Positions 37,375 through 46,899 of a stretch of 64,000 nucleotides of DNA are shown here, piece by piece. The position numbers were made by a program, and so were the translations under genes. Position 1 is the stretch's first letter. Every line of letters begins with the position of its first letter. Source of the DNA: Candidatus Zixiibacteriota bacterium (GTDB lineage Bacteria; Zixibacteria; MSB-5A5; GN15; JAAZOE01); NCBI GenBank assembly GCA_043819555.1, contig JBDREQ010000066.1, positions 64,001 to 128,000 of the forward strand. Direction: 5' to 3'. The notes beneath the pieces are model-generated. The model was not told where the DNA came from. It was given only the letters and a program-made list of their open reading frames with translations, and did no database searches.

Positions 37375-37684
37375 AAACTATATTCTATTGTTATACAATG
37401 AGTTAACAAAACTGACAATTAATAAATCTAAATCAATCTGCCAATTGTGCATATCGTACAGCCAATATGGCGGTTCATGTTTGCCATATCGACCTGATTA
37501 TGGCAGTAGTCGAACCTTTCCGTTTTAGGTGCCTGCGTGTTACATGAGATAAAGCTGGTATTAATTAAAAAGTTGGATGATTAAAAAGCGCTTGCCTCCT
37601 GAACGCAAATCAATATATTTGAACGAATAAACGGGAAGCGAATGAGCTATATTTCAAAAATCGCTCCAACTAAAGAGGTGATAT

Positions 37685-38584
37685 TTGGCGTTTCAAAATA
37701 TCTATATTATCGGAGCCGGTGTTATGGGTTGCGGGATTGCCGAAACCATAGCGTCAACCGGCACAGAAGTATATTTGATTGATAAAACTACTCGCCTCGC
37801 TGAAAAAGGCGTTAAAACAATTGAAGAAAACATAAATCGTGAAATTGAAAAATGGGGATTAACTGAATCGGACAAGAGAGCAATCCTTTCCCGCATTCGT
37901 CCGTCCTCAGATTTGGATCTGGCCAGTGAGGCCGAGATGATCATTGAAGCCATTCCTGATAGATTAGAACCAAAAAGAAAACTTTTTAAGGAATTAGATC
38001 AGCTTTCCAAACCTGAAGCGATATTTGTAACCAACACATCAACCCTGTCAATATCAGAAATCGCATCAGCGACTCAGCGACCGGATAAAATAATCGGGAT
38101 GCACTTTCTAAATCCGGTTACCAAAATTCAGATTGTCGAAGTAGTCAGGGGGTTAAAAACATCTGACGCAACTTATAATTATATCCGGAAATTCGCTGAA
38201 TTGATAAATAAGAAGCCGATTTTGGTGCATGAATATCCCGGTTATGTAACTACTCGAGTAATTGTCCCGCTCCTTAATGAAGCCATGCACGTTTTGATGG
38301 AAGGCATCTCCACCGCCGACGATATCGACGAAGCCATGAAACTCGGGTTTGGTTTTAATGTCGGTCCCTTGGCGTTGGCCGACATGATGGGTCTTGATGA
38401 AGTCATGGCCTGGATGGAAAATCTCATAGCCGAATTGTCCGAACATAAATATAACCCCTGCCCATTATTGCGAAAAATGGTTCGCGCAGGTCACTTGGGA
38501 ATTAAAACCGGTGAAGGTTTTTTTAAATATGACAGCGATGGTCATCGTATTCGTGAGGATGAGACGGGAGGAAACGCCGCATGA
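37685..38584 (+). CDS. hbd: 3-hydroxybutyryl-CoA dehydrogenase
   Basis: GAGVMGCGIA, TNTSTLSI, GMHFLNPV and GPLALADMMGLD. Confidence 0.88.
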   Translation: MAFQNIYIIGAGVMGCGIAETIASTGTEVYLIDKTTRLAEKGVKTIEENINREIEKWGLTESDKRAILSRIRPSSDLDLASEAEMIIEAIPDRLEPKRKLFKELDQLSKPEAIFVTNTSTLSISEIASATQRPDKIIGMHFLNPVTKIQIVEVVRGLKTSDATYNYIRKFAELINKKPILVHEYPGYVTTRVIVPLLNEAMHVLMEGISTADDIDEAMKLGFGFNVGPLALADMMGLDEVMAWMENLIAELSEHKYNPCPLLRKMVRAGHLGIKTGEGFFKYDSDGHRIREDETGGNAA

Positions 38585-39783
38585 TGATTCTGGTTCTCAA
38601 TTGCGGATCGTCGTCTGTGAAATATCAGCTTATCGATATGGACAAAGAACTTGCCCTGGCCAGGGGTTCGGTCGATCGAATAGGCATGTCTGCTTCGGTT
38701 TTGACTCATATTCCCCACGATCGCCCGCCACGAAAAGTTTCGAGGGAAATACTCGATCACATCCAGGCCATTGATCAAGTAATCAGTATGCTCCTGTCTG
38801 AAAAATACGGTGTAATCTCTGATAAGAGCGAAATTAATGCCGTTGGTCATCGGGTGGTTCATGGCGGCGAAAGTTTTACCGAACCGGTTCTCGTTACCCC
38901 TGAACTCATGGGAGAAATTAGAAATCTTATTGATTTAGCCCCTCTGCATAATCCGCATAATATCCGCGGTATCAGCGCGGCCAGGAAAAACCTTCCGAAT
39001 ATCCCCCAGATCGCCGTTTTTGATACGGCTTTCCATCACCGCATTCCGCCTCATGCTCATATATATGGTATTCCTTATCAGCTTTATAAGAAGTATGCCA
39101 TACGAAGATATGGTTTCCATGGACCATCGCATCAGTTTGTTTCAGAAATGGCCGCGGGAAAATTAGGCCGACCGATTGAAGAACTTAAAATGATAACTTG
39201 CCATCTCGGGAATGGAGCCTCGATGAGTGCCGTTAACGGCGGCGTTTCAATTGATACGACCATGGGCTTCACGCCCCTGGAAGGTCTTCTGATGGGAACC
39301 CGCTCCGGCGATGCCGATCCGGCTATAATATTGCATATCATGGCTCGGGAAGAATTGAATCTGCATGAAGCCAATACGCTTTTGAATAAACACTCCGGCC
39401 TTATTGGCATTTCAGGTTTATCATCCGATGTTCGCGAGATTCAGGAAGCCGCCGAACAGGGCCACCCCAATGCAAGGCTCGCTCTGGAAGCTTATTGCTA
39501 TCGAATTAAAAAATATATTGGGGCATATGCCGCGGTCATGGGAGGATTGGATGTGATCGTATTTACTGGAGGCGTTGGCCAAAATTCTTCGGTCGTTCGA
39601 AACAAATGCATGTCGAATTTGGAATTTCTTGGTTTGAGAATTGATGAAGGGAAAAATACTTCTTATAATGAAGGCATCGGTGATATTTCCGCAGAAGATT
39701 CAAAAGTAAAAACCCTGGTTGTCCCTACCAATGAGGAACTGGTGATTGCGCGGGAAACAATGCGGATTGTGAATAAAGGTTGA
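38581..39783 (+). CDS. ackA: Acetate kinase
   Basis: LNCGSSSVKY, GHRVVHGG, LAPLHNP, TPLEGLLMGTRSGD and PTNEELVIA. Confidence 0.96.
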   Translation: MMILVLNCGSSSVKYQLIDMDKELALARGSVDRIGMSASVLTHIPHDRPPRKVSREILDHIQAIDQVISMLLSEKYGVISDKSEINAVGHRVVHGGESFTEPVLVTPELMGEIRNLIDLAPLHNPHNIRGISAARKNLPNIPQIAVFDTAFHHRIPPHAHIYGIPYQLYKKYAIRRYGFHGPSHQFVSEMAAGKLGRPIEELKMITCHLGNGASMSAVNGGVSIDTTMGFTPLEGLLMGTRSGDADPAIILHIMAREELNLHEANTLLNKHSGLIGISGLSSDVREIQEAAEQGHPNARLALEAYCYRIKKYIGAYAAVMGGLDVIVFTGGVGQNSSVVRNKCMSNLEFLGLRIDEGKNTSYNEGIGDISAEDSKVKTLVVPTNEELVIARETMRIVNKG

Positions 39784-39923
39784 GTTGTTGTGAAAATTAC
39801 TGTATAAAGTAAGTATGAAATAAGTCATCGGGTTACTCGCCTTGCCGGAGCCAAACATCTTGAAGCCTCGCAGCATGCGAACGGTGACTACATAACTGTG
39901 AAATATGAGAGGTAGAATATAAG

Positions 39924-40781
39924 GTGTTCAAAATTCTGGAGAAAGAAGAACTGTGCCCTCAAATATGCCGCTTCCGCATCGAAGCGCCAAAGCTGGTTTC
40001 CAAGGCCAAAGCAGGGCAGTTTGTAATCCTGCGTAAGGATGAACATGGAGAACGGGTTCCAATGTCCATCGGCGGCCTCGATAAAGAAAACGGAATCCTG
40101 ACTATTGTCATTCAGGAAGTCGGCAAAACATCGGCGGCGATGAACCGGATGAAAGCGGGTGATTATTTCTGTGATGTTGTCGGTCCTTTGGGATTGCCCA
40201 GTCATGCCGAAAAATTCGGGCGTTGTGTCTGTATCGGCGGCGGAGTCGGTATCCCTCCGATTTATCCCATTGCCCAGGCACTTAGAGATGCCGGCAATAG
40301 GGTTGAAACCATTATCGGCGCCCGGACTAAAGATTTGCTGATATTTCAGGAAGAGCTCGAAGGCCCATCGGAAAAGCTCCATATCGCTACCGACGACGGT
40401 TCGTTCGGTACGCATGGATTTGTGACGACTGTGCTGGAGCAATTGATGAAAGATGGCACGCCGATTGATTTTATCATTGCCATTGGTCCCGTCCCGATGA
40501 TGCGGGCCGTTGCGGAAGCAACCCGCGAAGCAAAGATTAATACCTGGGTGAGCCTCAATCCGATCATGGTTGACGGAACCGGAATGTGCGGGGCCTGCCG
40601 TGTCACCGTCGGAGGAAAAACCAAATTCGCCTGCGTCGATGGACCGGATTTTAATGCCCACGAGGTTGACTTTGATGAAATGACCAGCCGCCTGAAAATG
40701 TATCATAAACAGGAAAAAGTAGCTTATGATTTGTTTTTGGAACACCAGGGAAAATGTCTCACCCGGGAATCGGAATCGTAA
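39924..40781 (+). CDS. nfnA: Electron-bifurcating transhydrogenase small subunit (NfnA/SudB)
   Basis: GQFVIL, GERVP, GGGVG and SLNPIMVDGTGMCGACRVTV..KFACVDGPDF. Confidence 0.9.
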   Translation: MFKILEKEELCPQICRFRIEAPKLVSKAKAGQFVILRKDEHGERVPMSIGGLDKENGILTIVIQEVGKTSAAMNRMKAGDYFCDVVGPLGLPSHAEKFGRCVCIGGGVGIPPIYPIAQALRDAGNRVETIIGARTKDLLIFQEELEGPSEKLHIATDDGSFGTHGFVTTVLEQLMKDGTPIDFIIAIGPVPMMRAVAEATREAKINTWVSLNPIMVDGTGMCGACRVTVGGKTKFACVDGPDFNAHEVDFDEMTSRLKMYHKQEKVAYDLFLEHQGKCLTRESES

Positions 40782-40793
40782 GGAGTAATCGTT

Positions 40794-42296
40794 GTGGCTG
40801 AAAGAAAAAAACTGACCAATAAAGAACGGATGAAAATCCAGCGGGTTGCCATGCCCGAGCAAAAGCCGGATGAGCGAGTTACAAATTTCAATGAAGTTCC
40901 TTTCGGTTTGACTCCCGAGCAGGCCATGCAGGAAGCTGAACGCTGCCTGTTCTGCAAAAAGCCCAAATGCATCACCGGCTGTCCGGTCGAAGTGAAAATC
41001 CCGGAGTTTATCGGACTGGTTGCCGAAGGTAAATTCTCCGAAGCGGCTCGCAAGATAAAAGAAACCAACGCTCTCCCCGCTATCTGCGGCCGCGTCTGCC
41101 CGCAGGATGAACAGTGTGAGGCGGTTTGCATTCTAACCAAGAAGCATACATCAGTCGGCGTTGGTATGCTTGAACGATTTGTCGCCGACTGGGAGCGCGA
41201 ACACAATGAAATAGTAATTCCCGAATGCGCCCCGCCAACCGGCAAAAGAGCGGCTATCGTCGGAGCCGGCCCAGCCGGTTTGACCGTTGCGGCTGATTTG
41301 GCGTTAATGGGCCACAAAGTCACAATCTTTGAAGCCCTCCACAAACCGGGCGGAGTACTCATATACGGCATTCCCGAATTTCGTCTGCCAAAATCAATCG
41401 TCGCCAAGGAAGTGAATTATCTTGAACAGCTCGGCGTCGAAGTTAAGACCAGTTACGTCGTCGGCAAGCTCGATACGATTGATGAACTGTTGACTGAAGA
41501 GGGTTTTGATTCCATCTTTATCGGAACCGGAGCCGGACTTCCCAACTTCATGCGCATCCCCGGTGAAAACCTCAAAGGTGTTTATTCGGCCAATGAATAC
41601 CTGACCCGTTCCAATCTTATGCGCGGTTATGCCTTCCCGGATTACGACACTCCCATATTCTCCGGCAAGAACGTCGCCGTTCTCGGTGGCGGTAATACCG
41701 CTATGGATTCGGTCCGAACCGCTAAACGCCTCGGCGCGGATAATGCCTATATCGTCTATCGCCGAAGCGAAACCGAAATGCCGGCCCGTACCGAAGAGAT
41801 TCATCATGCTAAACAAGAGGGTATCGAATTCCAGCTTCTGACCAATCCGGTCAAGTATATCGGCGACGAAGACGGCTGGATAACGCATATGGAATGCGTC
41901 AAAATGGAGCTGGGCGAACCAGATTCATCCGGCCGCCGCCGTCCTATTGTTATTGAAGGCTCAAACTATCTGATTCCGGTCGATACTGTAGTGGTCGCCA
42001 TCGGTAATTCTTCCAATCCTCTTATTCCGCAAACCACCCCTGGCCTCGACACCAATCGTTGGGGTAACATCACCGTTGATGAACGAACGATGATGTCATC
42101 CCGTCCGGGTGTTTTTGCCGGAGGCGACATCGTTACCGGCGGTGCGACGGTTATTCTCGCGGCCGGAGCCGGTAAAGTTGCCGCGCGAGCCATGCACCGC
42201 TTCATGCTGGGTCTGCCCCTCGTTGATGAACCACCGGCAGAAGAAAAAGGCGAAGAAACCGGCGATACAAAACCCAAAGCCGAGAAAAAGGCGTAA
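40794..42296 (+). CDS. nfnB: Electron-bifurcating transhydrogenase large subunit (NfnB/SudA, GltD-like)
   Basis: RCLFCKKPKCITGCP, CGRVCPQDEQCE, GAGPAGL, YGIPEFRLP, GGGNTAMD and FAGGDIVTGGATVI. Confidence 0.9.
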   Translation: MAERKKLTNKERMKIQRVAMPEQKPDERVTNFNEVPFGLTPEQAMQEAERCLFCKKPKCITGCPVEVKIPEFIGLVAEGKFSEAARKIKETNALPAICGRVCPQDEQCEAVCILTKKHTSVGVGMLERFVADWEREHNEIVIPECAPPTGKRAAIVGAGPAGLTVAADLALMGHKVTIFEALHKPGGVLIYGIPEFRLPKSIVAKEVNYLEQLGVEVKTSYVVGKLDTIDELLTEEGFDSIFIGTGAGLPNFMRIPGENLKGVYSANEYLTRSNLMRGYAFPDYDTPIFSGKNVAVLGGGNTAMDSVRTAKRLGADNAYIVYRRSETEMPARTEEIHHAKQEGIEFQLLTNPVKYIGDEDGWITHMECVKMELGEPDSSGRRRPIVIEGSNYLIPVDTVVVAIGNSSNPLIPQTTPGLDTNRWGNITVDERTMMSSRPGVFAGGDIVTGGATVILAAGAGKVAARAMHRFMLGLPLVDEPPAEEKGEETGDTKPKAEKKA

Positions 42297-42314
42297 AGAA
42301 TAATTTTGATTTTC

Positions 42315-42350
42315 GTGGGGGACGGGTAAAAAACCCTGTTCCCTTTTTTT
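42315..42350 (+). terminator. Terminator after nfnB
   Basis: GGGGACGGGT-aaaaa-ACCCTGTTCCC followed by a T-run. Confidence 0.7.
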
Positions 42351-42382
42351 ATCTCCAAAAATATAAGAAGATTTGCGACAGC

Positions 42383-42745
42383 CAAAACCAGGCTTTCGCT
42401 TGTTCCCCAACCAGGCTTTCGCCTGTCTTGAGAGGGGTGCCCCGTAGGGGTGGGGTGTGTTAAATTGTGTAGCGACAACCCTCGATTTGTCGCTTTTTTT
42501 AAATTGGTGTTCTGTGGGGGTCGCTCGCGAGCGACCCGCAAAAAATTCAGGGACAGATCGCCATGTCGGCCCTCGGCCTCCTTGCGATGACTTGAATTAG
42601 GCTTGAATTCGTCATTGCGAGCGAACGTAGTGAGCGTGGCAATCTTTGTCTTAAAGTTATCCACAATCGCATTTGCATAATTTCTCATTAATGAATGTTC
42701 CCGTTTGATTTACAGCGAATTGGGTTCGTTTTGTCGTTTTTTAAA
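42383..42745. repeat. Cluster of mixed REP-like hairpins and short direct repeats
   Basis: AACCAGGCTTTCGC twice; TGTAGCGACAA..TTGTCGC; GGGTCGCTCGCGAGCGACCC; GTCATTGCGAGCGAACGTAGTGAGCGTGGCAATCT. Confidence 0.7.
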
Positions 42746-42891
42746 TTTAACAATTGACCTCTTTTCATTAATGACAAACACTCAACCGAAATTTTAATTT
42801 ATGTCATATATGCGGATGATTTCAGAAAATGAGTTGATCTGATGAGAATAATGAAAATATGCTCCCACCTATTGAGTGGAGTGTAGATTTG

Positions 42892-43320
42892 TCAGGTGGA
42901 AAGAAAATATATTATAAATGGAACAATTAGTGCCAATACGCCCAATAATTTCGCCCAATTATCCTTGAAGAAATCAATTGCCAGATGATGAAATGGTAGA
43001 ACAATAAATTCAAGGTCGGCTATTATTTTATAAATATCTTGTATCGTGCTTCCAAACGGGCCACTTACTGCATTCCAATAAACTTCATTTGGCCCAGTAG
43101 ATTTTGTTTTATAACTGACTATCGTGGCAAGTAGATTCGCAAATCGTTTAACTTGTTCCTCTTTGATTAAAGGCTGCCTTTCGATATGAGCAATAAATTC
43201 TCTTTTAAAATGCTCTATTGAATTAAAAAATATATCTTTCTCCTTTCTATACCTCTCATAATCGCTAAATCTATTCACTTGCTCCAATAAATACTGCCTG
43301 AGTTTTTCTTTTCTATTCAT
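42892..43320 (-). CDS. Hypothetical AT-rich protein with C-terminal TM helix
   Basis: About 142 aa ORF ending LLGVLALIVPFIIYFLST; visibly AT-rich. Confidence 0.55.
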   Translation of the reverse strand: MNRKEKLRQYLLEQVNRFSDYERYRKEKDIFFNSIEHFKREFIAHIERQPLIKEEQVKRFANLLATIVSYKTKSTGPNEVYWNAVSGPFGSTIQDIYKIIADLEFIVLPFHHLAIDFFKDNWAKLLGVLALIVPFIIYFLST

Positions 43321-43430
43321 AATCCCCATCTTCCCCAACTTGTACCCCACCCATTTCGTGGCTACTATCTATTCACCCGGCTGAATTAATAATACCCCAT
43401 TTATATCCTAACGGCAAGATAAATTGATAT

Positions 43431-43522
43431 TGTCATACCCGCGAAAGCGGGTATCGGATGGTTTTAATTTTCTGGATTCCCGGCTCGCTTCGCCCCAATG
43501 GGGCTTCGCTCTCGGGAATGAC
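43431..43522. repeat. REP/REPIN-like paired element
   Basis: TGTCATACCCGCGAAAGCGGGTATC...TGGATTCCCGG...CGGGAATGAC. Confidence 0.8.
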
Positions 43523-43568
43523 GAGTGTATAGACCTGTTATTCGGAAGGAGCCCTGCAGATTTCATCC

Positions 43569-45653
43569 TTACTGTTTCTTTTCCCGCCGTTCTTCTATGA
43601 TCTCCTCTTCGATATTCTTTGGAAGCGGCAAGTAGTTCATAAACTCCATCGAGAAGCTGGCGCGGCCGCTGGACAGTGTCCGTAAAGTCGAGGCATAACC
43701 AAACATTTCTTTTAACGGCACAGTACCATTGAGTTTTTGTGAACCTTTTCTGAAACGGCGCAGCCGTTCGATTTTACCGCGGCGCCTGTTGATATCGGCG
43801 ATGATGTCGCCCATATATTCATCGGGAGTATTGATTTCGATTTTCATGACCGGCTCAAGAAGCTGCGGCCCGGTTTTGTGAATAATCTCTCTGAGCGCCT
43901 GACCGGTACAGATTCTAAACGCCATCTCGGAGGAATCGACTTCATGATGCGAACCATCGATGAGGACGAATTTCAAATCAACCATCGGATATCCGGCCAA
44001 CAAGCCATCCTCCGCGGTTTTGCGAAATCCCTTTTCGACACCGGGAATATATTCTCTGGGGATATTTCCTCCCCTAACAAGATTTATAAATTCCAAACCT
44101 TCTCCGGGATTCGGTTCGATTCGAAATTCGATGTGGGCGTACTGCCCTTTTCCACCGGTTTGCTTTTTATATTTATAATTATGACGATACTCAGACGTAA
44201 TCGTCTCGCGAAACGCGACCGCCGGTTCGCCGACTTTGACATCGACTTTGTGTTCGGTTTTTAGCCGGTCGACGATAACTTCGAGATGCAATTCACCCAT
44301 CCCGGATATAATAGTCTCCTCGGTTTCGTCATCGAAGCGAGCCGTAAACGATGGATCTTCCAGCGAAATTTTACCCAGAGCCATACCAAGCTTATCCCGA
44401 TTTTTCTTATCATCCGGCTCGATTCGCAAATCAAGAACCGTTTCGGGATAGTGTATTTTTTCAAGAAGAATCGGGTTTTCCTCATCGCACAGCGTATCGC
44501 CAGTTGTAGTTGACTTCAGTCCAATTAACGCCGCGATATCTCCGGCCTTAATTCCCATCAACTCTTTACGATCGCCGGCGTGAATGCGCATAATTCTCGC
44601 GACCCGTTCGCGTTTTCCTCGAGTCGAATTATAAACATAGCTGCCAGCCTTCAACTCGCCCGAGTATACCCTGATAAATGTCTGCTGCCCGACGTAAGCG
44701 TCGTTAATAATTTTAAATGCCAAAGCCGAAAACGGTCCGTTGGCCGATGGACGGCGCGTTAATGTCGTATCCGGTTCGTCAATATCAATCCCCCTGACGA
44801 TCCCTCTGTCAATCGGCGACGGCAAATAATTCACGACAGCGTCAAGCAAGAGCTGAATGCCTTTGTTCTTGAAAGCCGAACCGCAAAAAACGGGTGTAAT
44901 AAAATTGCCCAGAACGGCGGCGCGCCCGGCGCGCATTATATCATCTGTCGATACATCCTGTTCGTTGAGATATTTTTCCATTACATTATCATCATAATCG
45001 GCTAGAGTCGCAATCATGCTGTCATGCAGTTCTTGAGCTCGGGGCAGCAAATCATCCGGGATATCTTTCTCGACCCTTTGCAAACGGTCGTAAAAAGTGG
45101 CTCTCATTTTTACCAGATCAATAATGCCTTCAAATTTATCTTCTTCCCCGATCGGCATCTGGAAGGCGACGGCATGGGCTCCCAACATCTCATTCATGAG
45201 TTCAATAGTATGAAACATATTCGCTCCGGCACGATCCATCTTGTTGATAAAAGCAATCCGAGGAACCTTATATCGGTCAGCCTGATGCCAGACAGTTTCG
45301 CTCTGAGGCTCAACGCCGCCGACGGCGCAGAAGACCATGACGATTCCGTCGAGAACCCTCAAAGAGCGTTCGACTTCGAGAGTAAAATCGATATGTCCGG
45401 GCGTATCAATAATATTGATTTTATGATCATTCCAGTCGGCAGTTATCGCGGCGGATGAAATCGTAATGCCCCGTTCCTGTTCCTGCTTCATAAAATCCAT
45501 GACCGCCTCGCCGTTGTGCACCTCGCCCAGCTTATGAATCATCCCGGTAAAAAAGAGGATGCGCTCGGTCGTTGTCGATTTCCCGGCGTCAATATGCGCA
45601 ACGATTCCGATATTTCTAATCTTCTGTATAGTAGCCTGATCCATTATTTTCAA
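43569..45653 (-). CDS. fusA: Elongation factor G (stand-alone copy outside the str operon)
   Basis: AHIDAGKS, QEQERGITI, DTPGHIDF, NKMD, GMGELHLE and LLEPVM. Confidence 0.95.
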   Translation of the reverse strand: MKIMDQATIQKIRNIGIVAHIDAGKSTTTERILFFTGMIHKLGEVHNGEAVMDFMKQEQERGITISSAAITADWNDHKINIIDTPGHIDFTLEVERSLRVLDGIVMVFCAVGGVEPQSETVWHQADRYKVPRIAFINKMDRAGANMFHTIELMNEMLGAHAVAFQMPIGEEDKFEGIIDLVKMRATFYDRLQRVEKDIPDDLLPRAQELHDSMIATLADYDDNVMEKYLNEQDVSTDDIMRAGRAAVLGNFITPVFCGSAFKNKGIQLLLDAVVNYLPSPIDRGIVRGIDIDEPDTTLTRRPSANGPFSALAFKIINDAYVGQQTFIRVYSGELKAGSYVYNSTRGKRERVARIMRIHAGDRKELMGIKAGDIAALIGLKSTTTGDTLCDEENPILLEKIHYPETVLDLRIEPDDKKNRDKLGMALGKISLEDPSFTARFDDETEETIISGMGELHLEVIVDRLKTEHKVDVKVGEPAVAFRETITSEYRHNYKYKKQTGGKGQYAHIEFRIEPNPGEGLEFINLVRGGNIPREYIPGVEKGFRKTAEDGLLAGYPMVDLKFVLIDGSHHEVDSSEMAFRICTGQALREIIHKTGPQLLEPVMKIEINTPDEYMGDIIADINRRRGKIERLRRFRKGSQKLNGTVPLKEMFGYASTLRTLSSGRASFSMEFMNYLPLPKNIEEEIIEERREKKQ

Positions 45654-45701
45654 TTCCTAAAATACTTTCCGGTAATTAATTACCTAGTAAGGAGACCGGC
45701 G

Positions 45702-45729
45702 AAGATAACCTTTTTTTGAGATTCGTCAA
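45702..45729 (-). promoter_or_regulatory. Sigma70 promoter for fusA
   Basis: TTGACG-N~17-TATCTT. Confidence 0.5.
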
Positions 45730-45959
45730 GCCTTATTTATCTGTCAGAGATGTATCTTCTGATATTGTTGAATAATTGACCGGAAATCAATCCTGATAAC
45801 CTTATTTACTTAAGGAGTAACGGGTAATTGACCAATTTGTTCCGGGGGAATTCTTCAACAACAAGTCCGTTGGCCTCTAACAATTACACCGTCATCCAAG
45901 ATACTACAAATATCACCGCAATAAATAAGAGGATAAGAACAATTAAGAGTGAAATTACT

Positions 45960-46810
45960 AATGCGTAGGTCAGAGACCGGTGGCCCATTGTTCCCGTGAA
46001 ACGGGAACGGTGGGTTCCCGCTTTTTTGCCTATGCATCAACTCCATCAATCTCCAACGGCACCTTGCCCAGGATTCCGCAATCATATTTAATAATAGAGT
46101 AATTGTACGATAATTGCAACAAATTTGGGAATTACTTACGGGCAGACGAGGACGTCTGCCGCGCACAAAACATAATTATAAGTGAATAGTGGCTCACTGC
46201 CCCGTGTCAGCGGAACCGTTCGTTCCCGTATAGAGCATATGCAAATATTCAATCAATCCACTGCATTTTCCGAAATCTTGCCAATAAGTAAGATATAACA
46301 TATCGCGAGCAAACAATTATCTGTAGGGGCGCGGTTTTTCGCTGTCATTCCCGAGAGTCCCGCGAAGCGAGGACGAGTCGGGAATCCAGAGAAATTCAAA
46401 CACTTCTGGATTCGTCCGCGAGTATGACAAGAAAAAAACAGGCCCTGCCTGTTCGTATTCACCATCAAGTTGATATGACCAAAAACGTTAATCTGAGGAA
46501 ACAAACCCATTTTCATTTCAATCAATCCTGTAGGCCGGGTTCCGAACGAAGTGAGAAACCCGACAATTTGAGTCCACACCCATTCGTAATCAACACCGAA
46601 ATAATAACGAATAACCAAAAAAGACAGAACAAAGCCAATTTGCTGTAACTGAAAGAGGAATATAATATTACACGGCATTTTGCGACGTAATATGTGGATA
46701 ACTCTAACCATAGATTGCCACAATCCCGTTTCACGGGATTTCGCAATGACTGATATGAATATATGTGCGTCATCACGAGTCCTGCGATAGCGGAACGCGG
46801 CGATCAAATT
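45960..46810. repeat. Large cluster of REP-like palindromes of several families
   Basis: GTAGG-type at 45965 and 46530; GGGCAGACGAGGACGTCTGCC at 46140; GTCATTCCCG pair 46343-46429; GTCATTGCGA-type 46712-46750 (minus); GTCATCACGAG at 46769. Confidence 0.75.
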
Positions 46811-46811
46811 C

Positions 46812-46849
46812 AAAAAAAAGCAGGAGTCTTGCAAAACAAAACTCCTGCC
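46812..46849 (-). terminator. Terminator of the icd operon
   Basis: GCAGGAGT...ACTCCTGC followed by a T-run on the minus strand. Confidence 0.7.
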
Positions 46850-46899
46850 TATGAAAGTGAATGGTGTCTGTCAAAGAAGCATTATCATCATCACATCGT

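Noticed and set aside
39888..40862. 324-aa ORF on the - strand
   Set aside because: Antisense shadow of nfnA.
40794..42296. Glutamate synthase small subunit (gltD)
   Set aside because: No gltB nearby; pairing with an NfnA/SudB-type gene indicates NfnAB.
45855..46834. ORFs 45855..46166 and 46253..46834
   Set aside because: They run through palindromic repeats, have atypical composition and lack start signals.
42300..46850. Integron or IS element
   Set aside because: No integrase or transposase ORF and no convincing attC-type RYYYAAC/GTTRRRY pairing seen.
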